Shown: positions 1 to 9,508 of the stretch, piece after piece
Position numbering within the stretch: the stretch's first letter is position 1
Layout of the letters: every line of letters begins with the position of its first letter
DNA from: an uncultured bacterium
GTDB taxonomy: Bacteria > Acidobacteriota > HRBIN11 > JAKEFK01
NCBI GenBank assembly: GCA_963837395.1
Contig: CAWINI010000003.1
Span: forward strand, 430,889 to 494,888
Length of the DNA stretch: 64,000 nt
Direction of reading: 5' to 3'
The notes under the pieces: model-generated
The model's input: only the letters and a program-made list of their open reading frames with translations
Told to the model about the DNA's origin: nothing
Database searches by the model: none
Program-made: the position numbers and the translations under genes

Positions 1-55
1 CAAGAATTTTTCATCGCATGTAACATTACATGAAGAAATTCGCGTTTTCGAAAGA

Positions 56-1132
56 ATGTTGGCGCTCAATATTTCACCGGTTTTTGATTCCGAAGGAATC
101 CAGACCGGAACCTTCATTGTGATGCGTGATGTTACCGATCAAAAAGCACAAGAAGAACGGAGGAATGAATTTCTTTCGGTGATTTCACACGAACTCCGAA
201 CACCACTTGCAAGTATCCGCGGCTCACTCGATCTTGTTTTCAAAGAAGTACTCGGCCCCCTTGCTGAAAAACAAAGACGCTATCTTGAACTCGCTCGCGC
301 AAGTTGTGAAAAGTTGAATAATGTAATCGGTGACTTGCTTGATCTTTCCAAATTTGAAAAAGGCAGGATGGAAATCAAACTCGGTCCTGTGATGCTGAAT
401 CGCGTCGTTGACGAAGTTGTAGAACGCTTTCAGCCATACGCAATGGAAAAAGGAGCAAGCATTAAGTTTTCGCATCCCGAATCGGAAGCTCAGGTTTATG
501 GCGATGGGAATCGATTGATTCAAGTGCTGAACAACTTGATGAGCAATGCAGTGAAATACACACCGCCTGGGGGAAAAATTGAAGTTGAATTATTTGTTCC
601 CGCAATCATGCCGCCTCAAGTCGGTGTAAGTGTAAAAGATAGTGGACCCGGAATTCGTCCTGAAGATTTAGATCAAATCTTTGATAAATATGGAAAGCCA
701 TATCCATCTGCAGGACCTGGCGGTACTGGACTTGGCTTAGCAATCAGCCGAAGCATCATTGAAGCGCACCGCGGAAAAATTTGGGCGGAAAGCATCCCAG
801 GCAAAGGCGCAAAATTTATTTTCATTTTGCCGGTTGAAAAAAGAAGCGGTCCGCATGCTGAAGTTTATGCTGAGCTGACGAATCTATCGCACAGGGAAGA
901 ATTAGATGCGCTAGTTGTCAGCGCAGATGATGCAGCGGCGTATGCGCTAAAAGGAATTTTGATGGAACGCAGGTTCCGCGTAATGTTAGCTCGCAGCACA
1001 GAAGAAGCACAGGCTGCACTTCGTGAACGGACCCGCATTTGCTGGTTGCTGATCTGGATGCAGATTCCAAAATCATTGATGGCTGGATTGATTTTCTGGA
1101 ACATGATGCAGAAACCGAAAGAATTCCAGTAA
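56..1132 (+). CDS. Sensor histidine kinase, 5'-partial (PAS-like region, HisKA 'SHELRTPL', HATPase_c 'GLGLAISRSI') running into a receiver domain. The frame breaks near 1035-1045 and continues in the next ORF.
   Basis: H-box and G-box motifs are read directly from the translation. Receiver-like 'ALVVSADDAAAY' is followed after a +1 shift by 'LLVADLDADS...IPVILFS' in ORF 1039..2244. Confidence 0.8.
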   Translation: MLALNISPVFDSEGIQTGTFIVMRDVTDQKAQEERRNEFLSVISHELRTPLASIRGSLDLVFKEVLGPLAEKQRRYLELARASCEKLNNVIGDLLDLSKFEKGRMEIKLGPVMLNRVVDEVVERFQPYAMEKGASIKFSHPESEAQVYGDGNRLIQVLNNLMSNAVKYTPPGGKIEVELFVPAIMPPQVGVSVKDSGPGIRPEDLDQIFDKYGKPYPSAGPGGTGLGLAISRSIIEAHRGKIWAESIPGKGAKFIFILPVEKRSGPHAEVYAELTNLSHREELDALVVSADDAAAYALKGILMERRFRVMLARSTEEAQAALRERTRICWLLIWMQIPKSLMAGLIFWNMMQKPKEFQ

Positions 1133-2244
1133 TCTTGTTCTCACAAAATCCATCGCGAATTCGTCCGCGCGCAAATGTTTTAACGGGCACGAAACCGATT
1201 GATGCCCACCAATTCCTGCAACTATTACCTGAAGCATTAATGAAGATGTACGGCGGCGAACAAAGAAAGAGTGTGCTTGTTGTGGATGATGACGCGGACT
1301 TGAGAATGATTTGCCGCGAGGCTCTTGAATTCGAACGTTATCGTGTTTTGGAAGCAGGAAGCAGCCGTGAAGCATTTGAACATCTCCGACGCTTTACTCC
1401 CGATTTAATTCTTCTGGATTTGATGCTTCCCGATCGAAATGGTTTTGAAATCGCGCAAACTTTGAAGTCCGATATTTTACTATCGCGAATCCCGATCGTA
1501 TTCCTTACAGCGCGAAGTCAGACGGAAGATAAAGTAAAAGCGTTACGCGCCGGAGGCGCTGATTATCTTGTTAAGCCGTTTGACACAACAGAACTTGGTG
1601 CGCGCATCGAAAGTATTCTGCGCAGAGCAGAAGAAGAATTGCATGCAAGTCCAACTACCAAATTACCTGGAAGTGCTGCAATTGAAAAAGAAATCAATCG
1701 GCTGATATCGTTGCAAAAGAAATTTGCGCTTTGTTATCTGGATATTGATCATTTGAAATCCTACAACGATACCTACGGTTATGCGAAAGCAGATGGAGTT
1801 GTGCGGCAAACTGGCGATATCATACGCGATACGATTCTGCGAAACGGCAATCCTGGAGATTTTGCCGGACACGTAGCAGGTGATGACTTCATTTTCATTA
1901 CTTCACCCGAAAAAGTAGATGAACTTTGCGGTCAGATCATTGCACATTTTGATGCAATCATTCCGTTTTATTACAAACGTGAAGATCGCGAACGTGGTTA
2001 TCTGGAAGCAGAAGACAGATATGGGGAATGGCGGAGATTTCCATTAATGTCCGTTTCCATCGCGTGTTTAACAAATGAAGATCGCGCATTAACCGATCAT
2101 ATCCAGATTGCAACTTTAGCTGCGGAATATAAACGGGTTGCAAAAGCGATTCGCGGGTCATCGTATATTAGAAATGGCGTAACTCAATTAGGATCGGTAG
2201 CGACTGAAAGTGAAGCACCAACAGACTTTGAGGAAAATATATGA
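1039..2244 (+). CDS. Response-regulator receiver(s) fused to a degenerate GGDEF-like domain. It is likely the C-terminal continuation of the hybrid kinase.
   Basis: REC motifs 'VLVVDDDADL', 'DLILLDLMLPDRNG', 'KPFD'. GGDEF-like block 'YLDIDHLKSYNDTYGY...GHVAGDDFIFI' carries AGDDF instead of GGDEF. Confidence 0.75.
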   Translation: MLVADLDADSKIIDGWIDFLEHDAETERIPVILFSQNPSRIRPRANVLTGTKPIDAHQFLQLLPEALMKMYGGEQRKSVLVVDDDADLRMICREALEFERYRVLEAGSSREAFEHLRRFTPDLILLDLMLPDRNGFEIAQTLKSDILLSRIPIVFLTARSQTEDKVKALRAGGADYLVKPFDTTELGARIESILRRAEEELHASPTTKLPGSAAIEKEINRLISLQKKFALCYLDIDHLKSYNDTYGYAKADGVVRQTGDIIRDTILRNGNPGDFAGHVAGDDFIFITSPEKVDELCGQIIAHFDAIIPFYYKREDRERGYLEAEDRYGEWRRFPLMSVSIACLTNEDRALTDHIQIATLAAEYKRVAKAIRGSSYIRNGVTQLGSVATESEAPTDFEENI

Positions 2245-3209
2245 AAGCAATCCGCGTTGAAAAAGTAGGCGGACCTGAAGTATTGCAATTACGAGATGTG
2301 CCGGTGCTTGAACCAGGCAAAGTACAAGCGCGAATTAAGCTCGAAGCAATCGGCGTAAATTTTATTGATGTCTATCATCGAACCGGTTTATATCCACTTC
2401 CATTGCCTTTTATTCCAGGCGGTGAAGGCGCAGGAATTGTTGATGCTATCGGACCGGATGTAACTGAAGTGAAAGTAGGAGATCGTGTTGCATATGCGAT
2501 GGGCACTGCGAGTTATGCAGAATACGTGGTTATGCCTGCATGGAAATTAGTGAAATTACCGGAATGGATGTCAACGCAAGATGCCGCTGCTGTGATGTTG
2601 CAAGGCTTGACTGCTCATTATTTGTTACGCAGCACATATGAAGTAAAAAAAGGGGATCCGATTATGGTTCATGCCGCGGCAGGTGGTGTAGGTTTGTTGA
2701 TGGTTCAAGCGGCAAAACAACTTGGAGCATTTGTAATCGGAACAGTTTCCACTGAAGAAAAAGCGCAAACCGTGCGAGAAGCAGGCGCAGATGAGGTGAT
2801 CTTATATACGAAACAGGATTTCTTAGAAGAAACGAAAAAGATTATGCGTGGCTCTGGAGTTGCTGCAGTTTATGATTCGGTGGGCCAATCAACATTTGAA
2901 CGCAGTCTTGATTGTTTACGACCTAGAGGCATTTTAGTTTTATTCGGACAATCCAGCGGTCCGGTTCTATCGTTTAATCCGTCCGCACTTGCACAAAAAG
3001 GATCGTTATATTTAACACGGCCGAGTCTCGCACATTACATGCTCACGCGAGAAGAATTGATGCAACGAACATCGGAATTATTTGATTGGATTCAATCAGG
3101 CGCAGTAAAACTTCGCATCGATTCCACTTTTCCTTTAGCGAAAGTTGCTGATGCACATCATAAACTCGAAAGCCGGGCCTCCAGCGGTAAGATTCTCCTA
3201 ACTCCCTGA
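2241..3209 (+). CDS. qor: NADPH:quinone oxidoreductase, a zinc-type medium-chain dehydrogenase/reductase.
   Basis: 'MKAIRVEKVGGPEVLQL...GVNFIDVYHRTGLY' and Rossmann motif 'AAAGGVG'. Its ATG overlaps the upstream stop as ATGA. Confidence 0.85.
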   Translation: MKAIRVEKVGGPEVLQLRDVPVLEPGKVQARIKLEAIGVNFIDVYHRTGLYPLPLPFIPGGEGAGIVDAIGPDVTEVKVGDRVAYAMGTASYAEYVVMPAWKLVKLPEWMSTQDAAAVMLQGLTAHYLLRSTYEVKKGDPIMVHAAAGGVGLLMVQAAKQLGAFVIGTVSTEEKAQTVREAGADEVILYTKQDFLEETKKIMRGSGVAAVYDSVGQSTFERSLDCLRPRGILVLFGQSSGPVLSFNPSALAQKGSLYLTRPSLAHYMLTREELMQRTSELFDWIQSGAVKLRIDSTFPLAKVADAHHKLESRASSGKILLTP

Positions 3210-4757
3210 CCGCAAAGGCACAGAGTCTTGAATTTTTGATTGTGGCAGCAGAACGGTTACGGTCGTACCACTCCCTTGTTTACTCTGTACTTCGATGCGG
3301 CCGCCATGTTCTTCAATATTTTTTCTGGCAATCGGGAGTCCTAAACCACTGCCTCCTGATTTTGTAGAAAAATAAGGTTCAAATAATCGCGGAAGAATTT
3401 CCGGCGGCACTCCCTGTCCGCTATCATGAATTCGAGTCCTCACGAACCCATTTGGATCGCGATCAGCTTCCACAATAATTTTGCCCTGACCATTAATGGC
3501 CTGTAATCCATTCTCAATAATATTCATCAACGCACCGCGTAATTTTTCGGGATCTCCTTTTACCGGCGGCAGATCCGGCTCAAACCTGGTTTCAATTTCA
3601 ATCCCTTCAGGCAAATGACTTCCATAGCTATTCACAAGATCTTGAAGAAATTTATCCATACGAATTTCTTCACGATCTAAGATTGATGGTCTACCATATT
3701 GCGAAAAATCAGATACCAGGCGCCGCAGCGCTTTTACCTGTCTTTGAATTGCATCACTACAACTCAAAAGAACTTTTTCAAAATCCGGGGATCGGTCATA
3801 CCACACCCGCATTAAATGTTCGACCGCAAGCTGAATCGGAGTTAGCGGATTTTTAACCTCATGCGCGACCCGCCGCGCCATTTCAGCCCATGCGGAAAGG
3901 CGATTGGAACGGATGATATCGGAAATATCCTCAACCAGCACTACTGCTCCTGTCCATTGTTCGTTATCAAATAGAGGTACATACACCAGCCGGAAGTTCT
4001 GCTCGCGGTTGGTCAAAAAAATTGAGACCTCTTTTATTTGAAAATGTTCAGGGCTTTTAATGAAATCATCCAGAGTACGTTGAATATCGGACAATGGGGC
4101 GTTTATCCCGATTAGATCACTTAGTGGGCCGCGATAATCAGAATCGGCGCCAAACATTTTTATGGCCGATGGATTCATTGTTGTTACATTCATAGTACGA
4201 TCAACAGATATTACACCCGTAGTAATATTGTTGAGAATGTTTTCGATATATGCCCGGCGTTGATCCAGAGTCTGTCGTTGTTCCGCCAGTGAAGCCGCCA
4301 TGGCATTAAATGCTCGAACTACTTGCAAGAATTCGTCGCGATACACCGCAGTAATCCGGTGTTGCAAATTGCCCCTGGCAAATTCTGCTGCACCTTCGAT
4401 CAACACATGCACCGGCCGCGTGAAACGGCTGGCCAGGAACCAACCGAGTAACGCTGAAAGCAAGACCAATCCTGCCCCCGCAAGAACCATGTATTCCTTT
4501 AGCGCATTGATTTCACGTTCCACGCTCCGTTCTTCAATTTGAAATGGAATAGAGATGATCATTTCTTGTTTTACTTTGCCGCGATAAATCCGGCCGCTTA
4601 AATTCAGATATTGAAGATCGCCGATTTGGATCTGTCCTACACTATGTTTTTGTCCGCGCAATGTAAGATCAACATCCGCTTTTCCATCAATCAATTCGCC
4701 CAGGAATCCTGCGTCATATAATTCTTCCCTGCTGGTTGCGATTAAGTCTCTTCGCAA
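3198..4757 (-). CDS. Sensor histidine kinase with TM, HAMP, PAS, HisKA and HATPase_c domains. The true N-terminus may lie upstream and may be joined to ORF 4814..7558.
   Basis: H-box 'AHEVKNPLTPI' and G-boxes 'DSGQGVPPE' and 'GGSGLGLPIARK'. The TTG start in the track is arbitrary and the frame is open upstream to about 4880. Confidence 0.8.
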   Translation of the reverse strand: MRRDLIATSREELYDAGFLGELIDGKADVDLTLRGQKHSVGQIQIGDLQYLNLSGRIYRGKVKQEMIISIPFQIEERSVEREINALKEYMVLAGAGLVLLSALLGWFLASRFTRPVHVLIEGAAEFARGNLQHRITAVYRDEFLQVVRAFNAMAASLAEQRQTLDQRRAYIENILNNITTGVISVDRTMNVTTMNPSAIKMFGADSDYRGPLSDLIGINAPLSDIQRTLDDFIKSPEHFQIKEVSIFLTNREQNFRLVYVPLFDNEQWTGAVVLVEDISDIIRSNRLSAWAEMARRVAHEVKNPLTPIQLAVEHLMRVWYDRSPDFEKVLLSCSDAIQRQVKALRRLVSDFSQYGRPSILDREEIRMDKFLQDLVNSYGSHLPEGIEIETRFEPDLPPVKGDPEKLRGALMNIIENGLQAINGQGKIIVEADRDPNGFVRTRIHDSGQGVPPEILPRLFEPYFSTKSGGSGLGLPIARKNIEEHGGRIEVQSKQGSGTTVTVLLPQSKIQDSVPLRSGS

Positions 4758-4813
4758 AAAGAAACTGACATCCTGGTGTACAACCTGACCCAGGAGTTCA
4801 GCAACTGAATTGT

Positions 4814-7558
4814 CTACTGGCGAATCGACCTGCGAAGGGGCTCCCGTCCGTAGAGATATTGAGTAATGGTTTCTGACACAACCGAAAATGAATTCAGCGC
4901 GCGATCGGTAACTTCGGCAGCACGTTTTACATAAATGTAATTCCGGATTAGTGCAGTGAGTGAAAGTAATGGAACGAGTGAGAATAATACAAATGCAATC
5001 AACATTTTCTGGAAGAAACTAAATCGAATCGGAGTTTCTTCCTGGAAGTGAAGTAACAAATACGGTTTAAAGAAGAAGACGAAAGTTAATGTAAACGCAA
5101 GGAGCCAGAAAAAGTTCAGCAGTACAAGACCTATGATTAGAACGAGATGCGAAAGTGCTTTTCGCACAGGCACTGCAAGAGCGGCAAACCCATCCTGAAG
5201 ATGAAAATAATAAACATTAAATCCCTGACCGCTGCAGGTTTGTCGAACCCAGACACTTCCGGTTTGTTCAAGTGCATCTCTAGCACGATCCACTCTTGGC
5301 GAAACATCAGGATCTGATTGATATATGGGATGCCAGAACGAATCATACACATTTAGATCGGGAACGATTGATCCAGGCCGCTCCGGCCGCTGACGAAATA
5401 ATTCCTGAAAAGGACTTTCGGAAGGAACAAAAGTCAAATTTTCATGGTTGGCCATTGCTTCAACCACAAGATAAAAAGAATTATTTACAATACGGACACT
5501 AATCAAAATCGGTTTCTTAATTGTTCCAAATAAGACATTAGCCGATTTCGTATTCCAGTCATTTCCCGCACCACGACCGGTTACATTGATGTTCAATGAA
5601 GGCAAAGCAAGCGAGAAACGGCTTAAAAGTTGTCCATTTAAACTGTACAAGCTGACTGCAGATCGCAAACCCTGCCGCGCCATTTCCGTACGGATCCAAA
5701 GCCGATATGCAAGATCAGGAATGCGGGTATCAAGGGACACCGTACCAACTGCGCGATCGAGATCCTGTAATGAAATGTTCACTGCCTCCTGAACGTGTTT
5801 TCGGATTTCGTAAACTTGTGGCGCTGCAACGCTCTCAATGTATTTCTGTTGAAAATCTTTTGTGTAATGAAATCGGGTGAAATAAAAGACAACGCTGATT
5901 GCGGAACACAAAACTACCGTAATGATAAATCGCGTTAAGAGATTTACGTGTTCAAACCAATTCCAAAGTCCTGGTGTGTAATAAACGAAAAGTGAAATCC
6001 CAAGAAACAATGCTGCTGCTGGAATCAGCGGCATTGAAAAGGAAGGCTGGAAGATAAAGAAAAATGCAGCGAAAGCCGCAATCTGAGTTCCCGCAACTGT
6101 AAGTGCTTTCCATTTTGTTAATGGAAGTTTTCTTATGAAAAACGAAAACAGCAATGAAATTACGACAGTAAATGAAATGTCCAGCCATACTAAACCGAAT
6201 GCAGTAGAAGCTTGTGCAACTTCACCTTCTTCAAAGAAGAATGGCTGAAATCCCATAACGCTTCCGGTGACAAATTCTTTTTGAAGCTTGAAATACGCGA
6301 GAAACAAATATCCAACAAGGAAAGATGAAAGAAATAATGCCGCAATTCGGAAAGCTTTGTTATTGCTTTTCAAATGAAGTTTCAATCTTCGAAACAGCAG
6401 AACTAATGAGAAAACTGCATTCAATGCAAAAAATGAAGTGAAGATTAGATGTCCTGGTGTGTGAAAAATATTTCCATAACCGGCCACATGAAAAACATTT
6501 GTGTTGAACAATGTGCGCGTGCCAAATGTCGAAAATGATCCGAGCGTCAGCACAGAAAGAATTGTGCAACCCAGGAATATCAACCAGTAAGGAACGAGGC
6601 CCGGGCATCCTGGTTGTCCGCAAAAACCAACAAAACTAAATGTCAGAATTATTGTTGTGTAGATGAAGAAGACAAGCGCTAAGCATTCGATCCACCAGTG
6701 CAAATATCGGAATTGAGAAAGCAACATCTTGCCGTAATGTTGTTTGTCATAAACGGCAGAGAGCGAAAATTCATCAGTAATTTTAAAACTCGAAATTTTT
6801 AAGTCAGGCGAGCCTACAGTTGATTCTGTACTGGTGTATAAAAGTCTTGGACGAACAGGTAATCCATCCGTTAAGCGGTTATAAGTGCGCAAATAATAAT
6901 TTTCGACACCGTAATCGGCAGCGATTGGCAACAAGACGGTTACATAATAGAGATCTTCCTTAACACTCATTTCGCGTTTTACTTTCAGGAATTGTTGGTG
7001 CAGATCGTTATAGATGGAAACTTCTTCGGCGCCATAGGCAGGAAAATCTTCGTGGGTGCGTGGTTGACCCCGCCATGTTAGGAGTCGTCCTTCACGATAT
7101 ACGCCCCACCAGTAATCAACATCTCCAAATTTTTGCTGTAGCCGGATTTGGATTTGACCGGGATTCATGCCCGCAGTGCCGCGTAGTTCGTCTTGTATTG
7201 AAGTGAGCCGATCACGAGCTTGCTGCAAAAAGCGAGTAGTGCGTTCCTGTACTACTTTTGTACTGCGATCAACTTCACGTTGAAAATTTGCTTCAGAATA
7301 ATTGTGGTAAGCAACGAGCTGAAAGAATTCAACCAACAGAAGAATGGTGATTGAGAACCAGAGCAGCGCAACACCATAACGAGGTCTACCTTCAATAACC
7401 TTGAGCAGTAGTGGAATTACTGCAATAAAAAGAAGGGCAGCTAAGAAAAGGGCAACAGCATGAGTATGAACCTGCGGTTCTATCCGCATCCAGAGGTAAA
7501 GGAGTAGAAACGGTACGACGATAAAGCAGCGCTTTATTTCCGGGGACAGCCATTTCAT
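4814..7558 (-). CDS. Large polytopic membrane protein (about 14 TM segments plus two soluble loops). It is probably the sensor module of the adjacent histidine kinase.
   Basis: Many hydrophobic segments in a 914-aa ORF. It sits directly upstream and co-oriented with HK ORF 3198..4757, whose open frame overlaps its 3' end. Confidence 0.55.
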   Translation of the reverse strand: MKWLSPEIKRCFIVVPFLLLYLWMRIEPQVHTHAVALFLAALLFIAVIPLLLKVIEGRPRYGVALLWFSITILLLVEFFQLVAYHNYSEANFQREVDRSTKVVQERTTRFLQQARDRLTSIQDELRGTAGMNPGQIQIRLQQKFGDVDYWWGVYREGRLLTWRGQPRTHEDFPAYGAEEVSIYNDLHQQFLKVKREMSVKEDLYYVTVLLPIAADYGVENYYLRTYNRLTDGLPVRPRLLYTSTESTVGSPDLKISSFKITDEFSLSAVYDKQHYGKMLLSQFRYLHWWIECLALVFFIYTTIILTFSFVGFCGQPGCPGLVPYWLIFLGCTILSVLTLGSFSTFGTRTLFNTNVFHVAGYGNIFHTPGHLIFTSFFALNAVFSLVLLFRRLKLHLKSNNKAFRIAALFLSSFLVGYLFLAYFKLQKEFVTGSVMGFQPFFFEEGEVAQASTAFGLVWLDISFTVVISLLFSFFIRKLPLTKWKALTVAGTQIAAFAAFFFIFQPSFSMPLIPAAALFLGISLFVYYTPGLWNWFEHVNLLTRFIITVVLCSAISVVFYFTRFHYTKDFQQKYIESVAAPQVYEIRKHVQEAVNISLQDLDRAVGTVSLDTRIPDLAYRLWIRTEMARQGLRSAVSLYSLNGQLLSRFSLALPSLNINVTGRGAGNDWNTKSANVLFGTIKKPILISVRIVNNSFYLVVEAMANHENLTFVPSESPFQELFRQRPERPGSIVPDLNVYDSFWHPIYQSDPDVSPRVDRARDALEQTGSVWVRQTCSGQGFNVYYFHLQDGFAALAVPVRKALSHLVLIIGLVLLNFFWLLAFTLTFVFFFKPYLLLHFQEETPIRFSFFQKMLIAFVLFSLVPLLSLTALIRNYIYVKRAAEVTDRALNSFSVVSETITQYLYGREPLRRSIRQ

Positions 7559-7569
7559 ATGTAGATTCT

Positions 7570-7745
7570 ACTTCGTGATAATAGACATTAATTGTGCTGG
7601 TTTTCAACCCGACGTCGTCGAGACCTATTAATCACGGAAATTCGGAAGGCACAGAATTCACGGAATGCTTATTTTAGTCACGAAAAGACTGAAATCACGG
7701 AATATGATTTTCTTAATTCAGTGCATTCAGTGCTTCCGTGATTAA
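7570..7745. promoter_or_regulatory. Array of TCACGGAA-type octamers (four direct copies flanked by two inverted copies) in a divergent intergenic region.
   Basis: Direct copies atcacggaa (7631), ttcacggaa (7657), gtcacgaaa (7678), atcacggaa (7694). Inverted copies ttcgtgat (7573) and ttccgtgat (7733). Confidence 0.5.
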
Positions 7746-7767
7746 AAGCCCGGTGTAACATAAGACT

Positions 7768-8964
7768 ATGGATTCTATGAACTTTTCAGAGCGCGCAAAA
7801 CGGATGGAACCTTCCGCTATCCGTGCAATGTCGAAACTTGCTGCTGCCGCTGGCCCTGAGTTGATCTCGCTTGCTGGAGGAATGCCCGATCCTGCTACAT
7901 TTCCTTTGGACCGGCTTGCTGAAGTAGCTGCATCTGAAATCCGCGATCATTATGGCAAAAGCCTTCAATACGGCCAGACTGCAGGATTTCGTCCGTTGCT
8001 GGATTGGATTTGTCGCTATATTGCGCGTTACAAGGTCCAATCTTCACCCGAAAATGTCATGTGTGCCACAGGATCGCAACAAGCATTGGACCTGATTACC
8101 GATGTGATGATCGATCCAGGCGATTTGATATTTGTGGAGTCGCCCACTTACATCGGCGCTTTGATCGTTTTCCGAAAAAGTGGCGGTGTAATGGTTGCGA
8201 TTCGTCAAGACAACGATGGAGTTGTTGTTGAAGATCTTGAAGAAAAACTTCGATCCGCTCCGCAAAATAAAAAGAAGCTGATTTACTTAATCAGCAATTT
8301 TCAAAATCCTTCCGGTGTCAGCATTACAGCTGAAAGACGGGCACGTGTTGCCGAAGTTGTGGAACGTTATGGGGCTTATTTGATTGAAGATGATCCTTAC
8401 GGTGAAATTTATTTTGATGAAATACCTCCCGATCCGATTGCAAGCATAATTCCAGATCGGACATTTTATCTGGGTACATTTTCGAAAATTGTGGCGCCAA
8501 CGTTTCGCACCGGATTCATTTCTGCACCGGAATCATTCACACGAAAATTTGAACTAGCGAAAGAAACATCGGACTTATGCAGCTCTTTGTTGGATCAAAG
8601 AATTTTGATGCGATTCTGTGCATCACCGGAATTTCCAGAACATCTACAGAAATTGCGATTGTTTTATTCAGAAAGAGGGCAAACCATTCAGAGTGCTCTG
8701 AGTGAAAATATGCCGCAGACTTTAACGTGGACTCATCCTACCGGCGGATTTTTTGTCTGGATGCGCCTGCCTGAAACTCTAGATTCAGAAAGTTTTCTGG
8801 AAGAAGCAGTCAGCAAGGAAAAAGTATCCTATTTAATAGGCAGACCATTCACCTGCGATCATTCGGCCCGGAATTATTTGCGGCTTGCGTTTTCAGCTGA
8901 ACCACCCGATCGCATTCGCGAAGCCGTCAGACGCCTCGCGACCGTAATCAAACGCAGAATATAA
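7768..8964 (+). CDS. PLP-dependent aminotransferase, class I/II (AAT/LysN-like).
   Basis: N-terminal 'ERAKRMEPSAIRAMSKL', 'LAGGMPDP', and Lys-containing 'TFSKIVAPTFRTGF'. Confidence 0.8.
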   Translation: MDSMNFSERAKRMEPSAIRAMSKLAAAAGPELISLAGGMPDPATFPLDRLAEVAASEIRDHYGKSLQYGQTAGFRPLLDWICRYIARYKVQSSPENVMCATGSQQALDLITDVMIDPGDLIFVESPTYIGALIVFRKSGGVMVAIRQDNDGVVVEDLEEKLRSAPQNKKKLIYLISNFQNPSGVSITAERRARVAEVVERYGAYLIEDDPYGEIYFDEIPPDPIASIIPDRTFYLGTFSKIVAPTFRTGFISAPESFTRKFELAKETSDLCSSLLDQRILMRFCASPEFPEHLQKLRLFYSERGQTIQSALSENMPQTLTWTHPTGGFFVWMRLPETLDSESFLEEAVSKEKVSYLIGRPFTCDHSARNYLRLAFSAEPPDRIREAVRRLATVIKRRI

Positions 8965-8973
8965 CCACGAAGG

Positions 8974-9198
8974 TTAAATTCCTACGAATAGCGGATCAAC
9001 GATTTCCCCTGCTTTAAACACACGTACATTGCCATCAACCATGAATTCATATTCGCGATCTTGATCTGTAATCGTCTTTCCTTTCGTTACTTCGCGAACA
9101 TATTTTCCGCGAATAGTTTCTCCGGTTGTTTTAAGACGGAAGCGATAAATACGCACCGGTTGAAATGGATCGAAACTCCAAACGTTCCCGGCGTACAT
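8974..9198 (-). CDS. Hypothetical small protein. It is in the same frame as ORF 9202..9429 and separated from it by a single TAA.
   Basis: ORF track. An in-frame stop at 9202-9204 lies one codon upstream of its ATG. Confidence 0.4.
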   Translation of the reverse strand: MYAGNVWSFDPFQPVRIYRFRLKTTGETIRGKYVREVTKGKTITDQDREYEFMVDGNVRVFKAGEIVDPLFVGI

Positions 9199-9201
9199 GG
9201 C

Positions 9202-9429
9202 TTACCTTCTCAACATCGGTTCTAGATTTTCTTCGGTTACAGTCATCAACGAATAGATGGATGGTTGAAGACATTCATCATGCACCGGAATTGTCATTCC
9301 TTTGGTGAGGTGCAAATACGCTCCCCAACGAGGTACGCAGTTTGGAACTTCTGCTTGATGTTTTTGAAACCGGTAGTTACCACTCACCGGTGCGATATCA
9401 CCTGATTTGAAAAGCTGCTTCTCTTTCAT
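9202..9429 (-). CDS. Hypothetical small protein, possibly the N-terminal half of an interrupted gene that continues in 8974..9198.
   Basis: Same frame as the downstream ORF. Confidence 0.4.
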   Translation of the reverse strand: MKEKQLFKSGDIAPVSGNYRFQKHQAEVPNCVPRWGAYLHLTKGMTIPVHDECLQPSIYSLMTVTEENLEPMLRR

Positions 9430-9508
9430 TTCTTTGTACCTACCTCCCCCTTCATAAGTTGGAGATACTTAAGATCAACATTCACATTTAGCTTTGACCT
9501 TCTGATCA

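Noticed and set aside
224-523. Many short ORFs in the track that lie antisense or out of frame inside large genes. Examples are 224..523, 4300..4542, 19692..20093, 32383..32691 and 47749..48141.
   Set aside because: They are fully nested in well-supported domain-bearing CDSs on the other strand or frame. They have no motifs and are typical ORF-finder noise.
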